Assembly (NCBI GenBank): GCA_964594835.1
Contig: CAZQNA010000004.1
Coordinates: forward strand, 32,001-96,000
Origin: an uncultured Nitrososphaerota archaeon
Lineage (GTDB): Archaea; Korarchaeota; Korarchaeia; Korarchaeales; Korarchaeaceae
Direction of reading: 5' to 3'
DNA: 64,000 nucleotides
Position numbers and translations under genes: made by a program. This document shows, piece after piece, positions 18,816 through 28,320 of this stretch (position 1 is its first letter; every line of letters begins with the position of its first letter). Under the pieces are notes generated by a model that was not told the DNA's origin, did no database searches, and saw only the letters and a program-made list of their open reading frames with translations.

Positions 18816-21800
18816 CTATACCTCCTCCTCCACGTCGAGGCGGACGTCGATCAGGCCGGAGGTGAGCTCCTGGATCAGCAGCCTGGTCGCGTGGGACGTT
18901 ATGAGCGGCCTGACCTCCACGGCATCCTGGCACCTGGGGCAGAAGAACTGGCTGGTTATGGCGTTGTAGAAGGCCAGAGACCCGCACCTCTTGCACACGT
19001 ACACTATGGTCTTGTCGGAGTGCTCCACGTACCTGTCCCTCAGCATCGCGGCCGCCCCGTGAGAGATCAGCACCTCGCCCTCCATCTCGCCCAGCCTGAG
19101 CCCTCCTCCCCTCGCCCTCCCCTCAACCGGCTGCCTTGTAAGAATCTGGACCTGGCCCCTCGACCGGGCGTGTATCTTGTCCCTCACCATGTGCTTGAGC
19201 CTCTGGTAGAAGCTGACCCCCACGAACACGGGGGCCCTCAGCATCCTCCCCGTCCTCCCGTCGTACATGATCTCCTCGCCGGTGTACTCGAACCCCAGCC
19301 TCTTGAGGGCCTCCATCAGGTCGCCGATGGGCTCCTTGGCGAAGGGGGTCCCGTTGATGAACCTCCCCTCCAGCGCTCCCACCTTGCCCGCCAAGATCTC
19401 GATCAGCTGGCCGATGGTCATCCTGGACGGGATGGCGTGCGGGTCCAGGACGATGTCCGGGCTTATCCCGTCCGCCGTGAAGGGCATGTCCTCCTGCCTG
19501 TAGATCATCCCGATTACTCCCTTCTGACCGTGTCTCGTGGCGAACTTGTCCCCCAGCTCGGGGATCCTGGTCTCCCTGACCCTGACCCTCACCATCTTCT
19601 CGCCGCTCTCGGCGGTGGCTAGTATCACGTCGGTGACGACGCCCCTCTCCCAGGCCCTCATATCTATGGAGGTGTCCCTCCTCTCGAAGGTCATGGCGAG
19701 GCCGGCGGCTCCTCCGGCCAGCTCCGGGGAGAACCTGGGCGGGCTCGTCCTGCCGATGAGCACGTCTCCACCCTCGACGTCGGTCTCGGGCTCGACTATC
19801 CCGTCGGAGGCCAGCTTGCGGTAGGCCTCCTCTGCCCTCCTGCCCGTGACCCCCTTGACCTCGTAGGGGTTCTCGAACTTGTCTCCCTCGACTATGGCCT
19901 GCCTCCGGGCCACGGCCTCGTAGGTCCTCAGGAATATGGCCCTCCCCGCCCCCCTGTCCACGGCCCCCTTGTTCATCACCAGGGCGTCGTCCATGTTGTA
20001 TCCGTCCATCGGAAGGAGGGCGACGACGAGGTTCTGGCCCGAGGGCCTGAGGTCATACCCGGTTATCTCGCCCACCTTGGTCCTGACTATCGGCCGCTGG
20101 GGGTAGTAGAAGAGGTATGAGGAGCTGTCCATCCTGAGCCTCCAGTTCGTCGCGTAGTAGCCCAGGCCCTGCTTGACCATGTTCCCGCCGATTATGTCCC
20201 TGGGTATGGCGTTGTGCTCGGCGTAGGGTATCTGGCCTGCGGCGACCCCCATCATCATGTAGGGGGCGAAGTCCAGGTGAGTGTGCTCCTCCGTAATCTT
20301 GTCCAGATCGAAGGCGACCAGGGCGTCCTCCTCCTCGTCGGGGTCGAGGAACTCAACCACACCCATCCTGACCAGGTCGCTGAAGGTGATCTTGCCCTCC
20401 TCCACCTCCGGGAGGAGCTTGATGGCCTCCTCGACCCTCCCCACGGGGATGAGCGGGCGCCTCATCCTCCCCGGGTCGGCGTTCACTATGACGATCTTCT
20501 CCTCCTCCCTGCAGGCCACGTTGATCTCCGGGCTTATCTCCAGGCGGCGACGCTTGATCTCCTCCGCCACCCTCCTGGGATCGTCGGTCAGGCCCACCAG
20601 GGCCCCGTTGACGTACACCTGCGCTAGCGAGCCGACCTCCTCCGGCGTGGCCTCCTCGATGGGCTTGACCCCCAGCTCCGGCAGCATCTCGATTATGGGG
20701 GTGGGGTCTATGCCGAAGGTCACGTCGGCGAAGGTGGCCAGGCTCCTGACGAGCCCGACGTTGGTCCCCTCCGGGGTCTCCAGAGGGCATAGCCTTCCGA
20801 CGGACGTTCCGTGTATCTGCCTGGCCTCGTGAAGCGGGAGACCCGGTGGAAGAGGCGAGTTCACCCTCCGGAGGTGCTGAAGGGCCGCTATGTAGTTCGT
20901 CCTGTCCAGGTTCTGGCTTATTCCAAGCTCGCCGGTGGGCCATGTGCCGGTCGCCAGGGCCCTGAGTATCCTAGGGGTTATCTTGCTCTGCGTGGTCACT
21001 ATCCTGCGTACGTCCAGGTCGTAGACCCCGTGGGTCAGCTGCTCGTTGGCCTTCTCCTCTAGCTCCCTCACAAGGCGGTAGAAGGCGTACCTGAACGCCT
21101 CCTGCATCAGCTCGCCCACGAGCCTGAGCCTCTTGTTGGAGAAGTGGTCCTTGTCGTCCGGCTCCACCTGGCCCTTGACGACCCTCAGCAGCCTCTCGAT
21201 CATCTTGGCTATGAAGTAGGCCTTCTTCACGTTGTCCGACTCGCTCTGCCCCAGATGCGGGAGGAGGGCCCTCCTGAGGTAGTCCCTGGCCGCGTTGATC
21301 CTCTCCTGCCTTGGGGCGCTCTGGATGAGCCTCCTCCCGATGTAGTCCAGAGCCTCGTCCTGAGTCATGAACCCGCCCTCCTGCTCTCTCTTCCTCACCT
21401 CGTCCAGGCTGTAGAGGAACTCGTTGGCTATCTCCGGGTCGGTCGATATGGCCTGGAGGATCTGAGAGTCGTCCTCCAGCCCCAGGGCCTTCAGGATTAT
21501 CGCGACCGGGGCGCCCCTGACCGCGCCGAAGGAGGCCTTTATGGTCCCGTCCCTGGGGTAGTACTCCAGGAACAGCCGGCTCCTCATCCCGGCCCTGGCC
21601 GATATTATGTAGGCGGCGTGGGAGTAGGGCTTGCTCCCGGCCGTGGTCTCCTCCACTATGACCTTGTTCCTGGCCAGGTCGTCCCTGATGACGACGACCC
21701 TCTCGCTCCCGTTGATTATGAAGTAGCCCCCTGGGTCCGCCGGATCCTCGCCCCGGGCGATGAGCTCGTCCTCCGTCAGGCCGTGGAGGACGCACTTCTT

Positions 21801-22247
21801 GGACCTGACCATTATGGGTATGTACCCGATCTTGACCCTCTCGGTCTTCAGCTCCATCCCGTGGCCTATGACCTTGATCTCCAGGTACACCGGCCCCCAG
21901 TAGGTGATCTTCCTCAGCCGGCACTCCATGGGGGTCATGGACGACCTGGCGCCGTCGAACTCCTCGAACTCGGGCGGACCAACCTCGATCTTCCCGAGCC
22001 TCAGCTTGTAGTTCTCGATGAGCTCTATCTCCTTGAAGGAGTCGACGACCTCCTGGAGCCCGCGCTCTAGGAAGCTGTTGAAAGACTCTATCTGTGCCTC
22101 CACCAGGCTGTGCTCCATGAAGAAGGCCCTAACGATGGGATAGAAGTCGACCTCCCTGGCCTTGAGGGCCTGGGAGGCTCCCACCGAGCGGTCAGTACCC
22201 CTCCTATTTCGAGACCTATTCCCCAAACGCCAAACCCCCCGACACAC
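18816..22247 (-). CDS. rpoB: RNA polymerase subunit Rpo2 (B), unsplit; exact start uncertain
   Basis: DPGGYFIINGSERV, CPLETPEG, GDKFATRHGQKG, YQRLKHMV.DK.HAR, GGLRLGEME, C-terminal CKRC/CPRC. Confidence 0.98.
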   Translation of the reverse strand: MCRGVWRLGNRSRNRRGTDRSVGASQALKAREVDFYPIVRAFFMEHSLVEAQIESFNSFLERGLQEVVDSFKEIELIENYKLRLGKIEVGPPEFEEFDGARSSMTPMECRLRKITYWGPVYLEIKVIGHGMELKTERVKIGYIPIMVRSKKCVLHGLTEDELIARGEDPADPGGYFIINGSERVVVIRDDLARNKVIVEETTAGSKPYSHAAYIISARAGMRSRLFLEYYPRDGTIKASFGAVRGAPVAIILKALGLEDDSQILQAISTDPEIANEFLYSLDEVRKREQEGGFMTQDEALDYIGRRLIQSAPRQERINAARDYLRRALLPHLGQSESDNVKKAYFIAKMIERLLRVVKGQVEPDDKDHFSNKRLRLVGELMQEAFRYAFYRLVRELEEKANEQLTHGVYDLDVRRIVTTQSKITPRILRALATGTWPTGELGISQNLDRTNYIAALQHLRRVNSPLPPGLPLHEARQIHGTSVGRLCPLETPEGTNVGLVRSLATFADVTFGIDPTPIIEMLPELGVKPIEEATPEEVGSLAQVYVNGALVGLTDDPRRVAEEIKRRRLEISPEINVACREEEKIVIVNADPGRMRRPLIPVGRVEEAIKLLPEVEEGKITFSDLVRMGVVEFLDPDEEEDALVAFDLDKITEEHTHLDFAPYMMMGVAAGQIPYAEHNAIPRDIIGGNMVKQGLGYYATNWRLRMDSSSYLFYYPQRPIVRTKVGEITGYDLRPSGQNLVVALLPMDGYNMDDALVMNKGAVDRGAGRAIFLRTYEAVARRQAIVEGDKFENPYEVKGVTGRRAEEAYRKLASDGIVEPETDVEGGDVLIGRTSPPRFSPELAGGAAGLAMTFERRDTSIDMRAWERGVVTDVILATAESGEKMVRVRVRETRIPELGDKFATRHGQKGVIGMIYRQEDMPFTADGISPDIVLDPHAIPSRMTIGQLIEILAGKVGALEGRFINGTPFAKEPIGDLMEALKRLGFEYTGEEIMYDGRTGRMLRAPVFVGVSFYQRLKHMVRDKIHARSRGQVQILTRQPVEGRARGGGLRLGEMEGEVLISHGAAAMLRDRYVEHSDKTIVYVCKRCGSLAFYNAITSQFFCPRCQDAVEVRPLITSHATRLLIQELTSGLIDVRLDVEEEV

Positions 22248-22269
22248 AAATGGGAGGACAGATCAAGCG

Positions 22270-22626
22270 CTAACCTCCCCTCACCACCACGCGGTAGGCG
22301 GGGACCCTCTCACCCGGCCGTGTGATCTTGATCACGTCCCCAGGCTTGGCCCCGAGCTGCCGGACGACCGGGTCGGTGGTCAGGATCTTGGGAAAGAGCT
22401 GAAGGGGGCCGTACCTCCGAATGAGGTCCTCCCTCTCATCCGGGGATACTATCTCGTGCCTGGGGACGAGGGCGTGACTCATCAGGTCAAACCCGCCGGG
22501 TTCGACTGCTACCTTCTCGGGGGCCTTCTGCGGTTTTATCCCTTTCGACTCCACCCTCTTCTTGGTTCCGGTCTTCTTCTTGGACGAGGTCCGTCCCGAA
22601 GAAGATCTCCTTGAGCGCGCTGGCAA
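22270..22626 (-). CDS. rpoH: RNA polymerase subunit Rpo5 (H) with basic N-terminal extension
   Basis: HALVPRHEI, PKI..TDPVV..LGAKPGDVIKITR, YRVV; TTG at 22626 with GAGGGG upstream. Confidence 0.93.
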   Translation of the reverse strand: MPARSRRSSSGRTSSKKKTGTKKRVESKGIKPQKAPEKVAVEPGGFDLMSHALVPRHEIVSPDEREDLIRRYGPLQLFPKILTTDPVVRQLGAKPGDVIKITRPGERVPAYRVVVRGG

Positions 22627-22708
22627 TCTGAATGCCCCCTCTTCCGACGGGCAGTCGGCCCGATCTCGATTTAAAAGGTTTGACCAGCCCACCCGTGGGT
22701 GACCCGCG

Positions 22709-23284
22709 ATGCCAGACGTGGTGGAGATTCGATGGCACGGTCGGGGCGGACAGGGGGTAGTTTTGGCCTCGAGGCTGCTGGCCAAGGCGGCCTTTTTTGA
22801 GGGTAAGTGGACGCAGGCGTTCCCCTTCTTCGGCGCCGAGCGCAGGGGGGCCCCTGTGATGGCGTTCACGCGCATATCGGAGAGGCCGATCAGACTGCGC
22901 AGTCAGGTGTACCGCCCAGACGTGCTCGTCCTCGTCGACCCCATGTTCCTCGGGAGGCCTGAGGTGTTCGAGGGCCTGAAGGAGGGCGCCACGGTGGTAG
23001 CAAATACCCCGAAGGACCCGGGAGAGCTCGACGTCCCTGGGTCCGTGAGGAGGGTGGCCACGTTCGACGCCACCGGGCTCGCCCTGCGCCTGGGGCTGAG
23101 GGTGGCCGGGCTCCCAGTGCCGAACACGGCCATGGTGGGGGCGGTCGCCGCGGCGACGGGTCTGGCGGCCCTGGAGTCCGTGGAATCGGCGATCAGAGAC
23201 ACGCTCTCCGGCAGGGGGGTGGACATCAACCTGTCGGCGGCCGGAGAGGGGTTCAGGGGGGTCAGGGTTCGGGACCTGGGGTGA
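22709..23284 (+). CDS. porG: 2-oxoacid:ferredoxin oxidoreductase gamma subunit
   Basis: EIRWHGRGGQGVV, QAFPFFGAERRGAPV.AF.RI, PNTAMVGA. Confidence 0.95.
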   Translation: MPDVVEIRWHGRGGQGVVLASRLLAKAAFFEGKWTQAFPFFGAERRGAPVMAFTRISERPIRLRSQVYRPDVLVLVDPMFLGRPEVFEGLKEGATVVANTPKDPGELDVPGSVRRVATFDATGLALRLGLRVAGLPVPNTAMVGAVAAATGLAALESVESAIRDTLSGRGVDINLSAAGEGFRGVRVRDLG

Positions 23285-23312
23285 ACCGCCCAACCGGCGC
23301 GAGCCCCGGGGC

Positions 23313-23558
23313 TCAACCCTCCCCCACGTACTTGTCGAAGAACTTCGCGTAGGCGTCAACCCTCTCGTCTGTGCTGGATATCTCCACGGTGTCGGTCAGC
23401 TGGCAGTTGAAGCACCGGATCAGGGCGAACCCGCCCTTCCTGTCAAGCTCCACCACCACCGAGTTGTGCTGGCACCGAGGGCACCTGAAGAACACCGACC
23501 TCCTGACTGGCCTCCGGACCCTCGTCATGGTCCTCCTCTTTCTCCTCCCCAATCTCAA
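23313..23558 (-). CDS. elf1: Transcription elongation factor Elf1
   Basis: Basic N-terminus GRRKRR, F.CP.C.H, C..C, VD.Y..F.D. Confidence 0.9.
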   Translation of the reverse strand: MRLGRRKRRTMTRVRRPVRRSVFFRCPRCQHNSVVVELDRKGGFALIRCFNCQLTDTVEISSTDERVDAYAKFFDKYVGEG

Positions 23559-23656
23559 CTCCCCCTCTAGGTTTGGCCCGAAGCCTCAGGACCCACCCGA
23601 CCTGAAGGTGACCGGGCCCTCGTTATTAACGTCTCCTCGGCCTCGACCCCGAAGGG

Positions 23657-26600
23657 ATGGACCTGGAGGGGTACTTCGCCGAGCTCGCGGAGAAGGTGGA
23701 GGAGCTCTATCGAGTCGCCAAAGAGGCCAGATCAAGGGGGATGGATCCCTCCACGGATGTGGAGGTTGCCAGGGGCGACACCATAGGCCAGAGGCTCGTC
23801 GCCCTCTTCGAGAGGCCGGACCTCGCCGAGGCCGTCCAGAGGTACCTCAGCCAGGGGCTGGGGAAGGTCGAGACCGCCTTCAAGGTCGCCAGCGACATAC
23901 TGGACGCGGGAGGCGCCGACGAGGAGGAGCTGGCCGAGCTGGCCGTCAGGGTCGGGATGGCGATAATGACGGACGCCACGGTCTCCGCGCCGATCGAGGG
24001 GATAAGCTCCGTCAGGATCAAGGTCAACCCCAGGGACGGGTCCCGCTACCTCGCCGTGTACTACAATGGGCCTATAAGGACGGCTGGAGGGACTGAGGGA
24101 GCCCTCAGCGTCGTGCTTGCGGACTTCGTCAGGCAGAGGCTCGGCCTCGACAGGTACAAGCCGACCGACTCCGAGATCGAGAGGTACGTCGAGGAGATAG
24201 AGCTGTACCGGAGGGCAGTCCACCTCCAGTACAACTCCACCCCTGACGAGGTCAGGTACGTGGCGAGGCACCTGTTGGTGGAGGTCACGGGCCCCCCGAC
24301 CGAGGAGGTCGAGGTCTCGACGAACAGGGACCTCCCAACGGTGGAGACGAACAGGGTCCGCGGGGGGGCCGCGCTCGTACTGAACGACTGCCTCCTCCAG
24401 AAGAGGAAGAAGCTCGCCAAGGAGATACCCAAGCTCGCCGAGGTCGTCGAGTTCGACCCTGGCGGGTGGGAGTGGGTCAGGGGGCCGTCCGAGGGGGAAG
24501 GGTCCGAGGGGGCAGGGGAGTCAAGGGAGGGGTGCCCCTACGTCCCCCCCTCATATAAGTACCTGAGGGACTCTGTCGTGGGCAGGCCGGTCCTGTCCTA
24601 CCCGTCGGCCGTGGGAGGCTTCAGGCTCAGGTACGGGCATGCTCGGAACACCGGTTTGGCCTCTGTCGGGGTCCACCCGGCCACCATGGTGATGCTGGAG
24701 GACTTCCTAGCCGTCGGGACCCAAGTCAGGATCGAGAGGCCGGGCAAGAGCGCCATAGTGATGCCGGTCGACTCGATAGAGGGCCCGGTGGTCAGGCTCA
24801 GGGACGGGTCCGTGGTGAGGGTCGAGGACCCGGAGAGGGCGAGGGCCCTCCTGCCGGAAGTCGACAGGATCCTCTTCCTGGGGGACGTGCTCATAGGCTT
24901 CGGGGAGTTCCTCGAGAACAACCACGTACTCCTCCCATCCGCCTGGGTGGAGGAGTGGTGGCACGAGCTGGTCGTGTCCGAGTCGGAGAGGAGGGGCGTG
25001 CGACTCCCAGAGCGCGTGAGGGAGGATCCGTTCGCGCCGGTCGACTTCGACACGGCCGTGGAGCTGAGCGTCTCCCTCGGAGTCCCCCTCCACCCGAGGT
25101 GGACCTACCTGTGGCACGAGCTGACCGTCGACAGGCTGGCCGAACTCGTGGACGCCCTGAGGGGATCCGAGTACGACGGCCGAGCCCTCAGGGTCCCCGA
25201 CGCCGGTAGGGTGAAGGAGTCCCTGGAGGCTCTCTGCGTCCCGCACAGGGTCGAGGAGGGGTTCATCGTCGTGGAGGGAGACGACGCAAAAGCCCTGCAG
25301 ACCACCCTACTGTCGCGCGACGCCGACCTATCGGAGTTCGGCCCCCACGAGGTCATGAGGGCCGTGAACTCCCTGGCGCCCTACAGGGTCATGCCAAAGG
25401 CTCCCCACTTCGTGGGCATGAGGCTCGGGAGGCCAGAGAAGGCCAAGCCCAGGAAGATGAAGCCCCCCGTGAACGTGCTCTTCCCGATAGGCAGGCAGAA
25501 GGGGATGTCCAGATCGCTGAAGAAGGCCCTCCAGAGCGGCCTGGCGGCCGTGGAGGTGGCCCTCAGGAGGTGCCCCTCCTGCGGGGCCGAGACCGTTCAC
25601 TACACCTGCCCCTCCTGCGACGTGAGGACCGAGCCCCAGCTCTTCTGTCCCAGGTGTGGGAGGAGGCTGAGGGAGGGCCAGAGGTGCCCCGATCACCCCA
25701 GGGAGGAGCCCGTCAACTACCGATCGACCGAGCTCAACGTGAGGGCCATCACCTCGGAGGCCGTGGATCGTCTCGGCGGGGGATACCCTCTTGACGGGGT
25801 CAAGTGCGTTCAGGGGCTGACCAGTAGGTCCAAGAGTCCGGAGCCTCTGGAGAAGGGCATACTGAGGGCCTACAGGGATCTGTACGTTTTCAAGGACGGG
25901 ACGATCAGGTTCGACGTCACGAACGCGGCGCTCACCCACTTCACGCCGGCCGAGGTCGGGGTCGCCCCCGAGAGGCTCAGGGAGCTCGGGTACCTGGAGG
26001 ACATCCACGGGAGGCCCTTGGTCTCCGACGATCAGCTCCTGGAGCTGAAGGTGCAGGACGTGATCATCCCCCGGAGGGCCGCCGAGTACCTGTTCCAGGT
26101 CTCGAAGTTCATAGACGACCTGCTGACCAGGTTCTACGGGCTGGACCCGTTCTACAACCTAGAGGGGCCCGAGGACCTCGTGGGGCACGTCCTCTTCACG
26201 ATATCCCCGCACACGTTCGTCGCCAACGCGGTCAGGGTGATCGGGTTCACGGACGCTGACATCATCCTCGCCCACCCCTACCTGCACGCGGCGAAGAGGA
26301 GGAACGTCGACGGGGACGAGGACTCGCTGATCCTCGGCCTCGACTGCCTCCTGAACTTCTCCAAGTCATACCTCCCGTCCAAGCCGGGTGGGAGGGAGGA
26401 CGCTCCGCTCATCCTGGTGACCAGGATCGACTTGGAGTACATAGACGACGAGTGCTACAACATAGAGGTGATGTGGAGGTACCCCAGGGAGTTCTTCGAG
26501 GCCACCCTCGAGTACAGGCACCCCGCGGAGGTGGAGGGCTCGCTGGTGCAGACCGTAGGCACGGTCTACTCGTCCGGGGACAGGTACCCGAGCATAGGCT

Positions 26601-27190
26601 TCACGCACCCGACCTCTCACTGCTGGAGGGGCCCGCTGGTGACGGCGTACAGGACCCTCAACTCCATGCTGGAGAAGCTGGAGAGGCACATCGCCCTGGA
26701 GGAGAGGATATCGGCCGTGGACCCAGAGGACGCCATATCCAGGGCTATGTCGGCCCACTTCCTGAGGGACATAGCCGGGAACCTCAGGAAGTACGCCAGC
26801 CAGAAGTTCAGGTGCCTCAAGTGCAACAGGAAGTTCAGGAGGCCCCCCCTGTCGGGGAGGTGCCCCTACTGCGGTGGGGACATAACCCTGACGATCCACC
26901 CGAGGTCGGCGGTCAAGTACCTGGAGCCCACCAAGAGGATCCTGGAGGCCTACAACCTCAGGGGCTACCTGCTCCAGAGGGTAGAACTCCTCGAGGAGGA
27001 GGCAGGCACCCTGTTCGACCTAACGTCCCCGGGTCAGCAGGGCGAGGCTAGGTCTAGGAGCCTGACTGAGTTCAGCTTCTCGGAGGGCGCCGAGGGCGCC
27101 GGGGAGCTCGAGTCGGGCGAGGAGGCGCCAGCGAGAGTGGAGAGAGCGGAGAGGAGGGAGGGGAGGGCCGACCTCTCAGCCTTCCTGTAG
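23657..27190 (+). CDS. polC: DNA polymerase D large subunit DP2
   Basis: GPIRTAGGT, GGFRLRYG..RNTG, GRPEKA..RKM.PP, FKDGTIRFD, HAAKRRNVDGDED catalytic motif, CLKC/CPYC; no intein. Confidence 0.98.
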   Translation: MDLEGYFAELAEKVEELYRVAKEARSRGMDPSTDVEVARGDTIGQRLVALFERPDLAEAVQRYLSQGLGKVETAFKVASDILDAGGADEEELAELAVRVGMAIMTDATVSAPIEGISSVRIKVNPRDGSRYLAVYYNGPIRTAGGTEGALSVVLADFVRQRLGLDRYKPTDSEIERYVEEIELYRRAVHLQYNSTPDEVRYVARHLLVEVTGPPTEEVEVSTNRDLPTVETNRVRGGAALVLNDCLLQKRKKLAKEIPKLAEVVEFDPGGWEWVRGPSEGEGSEGAGESREGCPYVPPSYKYLRDSVVGRPVLSYPSAVGGFRLRYGHARNTGLASVGVHPATMVMLEDFLAVGTQVRIERPGKSAIVMPVDSIEGPVVRLRDGSVVRVEDPERARALLPEVDRILFLGDVLIGFGEFLENNHVLLPSAWVEEWWHELVVSESERRGVRLPERVREDPFAPVDFDTAVELSVSLGVPLHPRWTYLWHELTVDRLAELVDALRGSEYDGRALRVPDAGRVKESLEALCVPHRVEEGFIVVEGDDAKALQTTLLSRDADLSEFGPHEVMRAVNSLAPYRVMPKAPHFVGMRLGRPEKAKPRKMKPPVNVLFPIGRQKGMSRSLKKALQSGLAAVEVALRRCPSCGAETVHYTCPSCDVRTEPQLFCPRCGRRLREGQRCPDHPREEPVNYRSTELNVRAITSEAVDRLGGGYPLDGVKCVQGLTSRSKSPEPLEKGILRAYRDLYVFKDGTIRFDVTNAALTHFTPAEVGVAPERLRELGYLEDIHGRPLVSDDQLLELKVQDVIIPRRAAEYLFQVSKFIDDLLTRFYGLDPFYNLEGPEDLVGHVLFTISPHTFVANAVRVIGFTDADIILAHPYLHAAKRRNVDGDEDSLILGLDCLLNFSKSYLPSKPGGREDAPLILVTRIDLEYIDDECYNIEVMWRYPREFFEATLEYRHPAEVEGSLVQTVGTVYSSGDRYPSIGFTHPTSHCWRGPLVTAYRTLNSMLEKLERHIALEERISAVDPEDAISRAMSAHFLRDIAGNLRKYASQKFRCLKCNRKFRRPPLSGRCPYCGGDITLTIHPRSAVKYLEPTKRILEAYNLRGYLLQRVELLEEEAGTLFDLTSPGQQGEARSRSLTEFSFSEGAEGAGELESGEEAPARVERAERREGRADLSAFL

Positions 27191-27202
27191 GGAGGTGAGG
27201 GG

Positions 27203-27550
27203 TTGAGGATCAGGCCGATAGGCTCGCTGAGGGAGGGAGAGCCCGCCGCGGTGGTGGGCGTTGTCCTCCAGAGGGTGGAGAACTACGTAGTGCTCGACGA
27301 CGGGACCGGGAGGGCCAGGGTCTACTCCGACCAGGTCGACCCCCTATCGCCGGGGGATTTCGTGCTGGCCGTCGGCGTGGTCGCGGCCGCCGGACGCGTG
27401 GTCGAGATCCAGTCCGAGGCCCTGACTAAGGTGACCGGGATGGACCCGGACCTCCTCAAGGAAACCCTAAAATTGGTGGCCGAGGTTGAGGGACGAGACG
27501 CGGTTTCAGACGAGTCTGATGGGCGGGAGTTGGATGAGCATGAGCGGTGA
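27203..27550 (+). CDS. Small single OB-fold protein, RPA14/Rpa3-like
   Basis: I..L....A.VG.V, VLDDGTG, G.FV...G, I.SE.L, C-terminal amphipathic helix D.DLLKETLKL, resembling Thermococcales RPA14 (from memory); GGAGGTGA RBS. Confidence 0.7.
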   Translation: MRIRPIGSLREGEPAAVVGVVLQRVENYVVLDDGTGRARVYSDQVDPLSPGDFVLAVGVVAAAGRVVEIQSEALTKVTGMDPDLLKETLKLVAEVEGRDAVSDESDGRELDEHER

Positions 27551-28310
27551 GGTTGGAGAGGTAGTCCTTGCGTTTGAGGAGGGCAAGGTCATCCGGAAGA
27601 TAGTCGAGGCCGTCGAGGCGCTGATCGAGGAGGCCACCTTCAAGGTCAGCCCCGAGGAGGGGTTCGTCCTCCAGGCCCTGGACCCGGCGAAGATAGCGAT
27701 GGTCCAGGTCTTCCTGCCCAAGCCCTTCTTCTCGGAGATCCAGGTGGAGGGAGATTCCTTCTTCGGCGTGAACTTCACCGAGCTGGCCAAGGTGATGAAG
27801 AGGGTGAAGGCGGAGGACAGGGTGGAGTTCCGCCTCGCGAGGGATTCTCTCACCGTAATCCTCAGGGACGGCTTCAGGAGGACCCACAGGCTCGCCCTCC
27901 TCCCGCCGGAGGAGTTTCAGGTCCGCAGCCTGAAGGTCAACTTCACGGCCGGCATCAGGATGGACAGCAGGAAGATGCCGGAGATCATAAGGGAACTCAA
28001 GGGGATATCCTCGGAGGTCGAGATAACGATAGACGGGGAGAAGACCGAGTTCGCCGCCAGGAGCGAGAGGCAGGAGTCCAGGATCACAATAGAGAAGACG
28101 GATCCGATCGTGCTGGACATATGGGCGCAGGAGCCGGCTCGGGCGGTCTACGGGCTCGGGTACCTGGAGAAGATGGTGAAGCCGGCCGACATATCCGCGG
28201 AGGTCTCCCTGGAGATAGCGACGGACAAGCCCATGATGATGAAGTACTCGATAGGCGGGTTCGCCGACGCGAGCGTCGTCTACTACCTGGCCAACGTGGC
28301 GGGGATGTGA
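27534..28310 (+). CDS. pcn: Sliding clamp PCNA
   Basis: IEEA.F......F.LQALDP.KIAMV, FGVNF, C-terminal VYYLA; about 258 aa; upstream of priL/priS. Confidence 0.93.
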   Translation: MSMSGEVGEVVLAFEEGKVIRKIVEAVEALIEEATFKVSPEEGFVLQALDPAKIAMVQVFLPKPFFSEIQVEGDSFFGVNFTELAKVMKRVKAEDRVEFRLARDSLTVILRDGFRRTHRLALLPPEEFQVRSLKVNFTAGIRMDSRKMPEIIRELKGISSEVEITIDGEKTEFAARSERQESRITIEKTDPIVLDIWAQEPARAVYGLGYLEKMVKPADISAEVSLEIATDKPMMMKYSIGGFADASVVYYLANVAGM

Positions 28311-28320
28311 CGGCCCCCCG

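Noticed and set aside
23657-27190. Possible intein in PolD DP2, a common intein host
   Set aside because: Length (1177 aa) and continuous motifs around RRNVDGDED show no insertion
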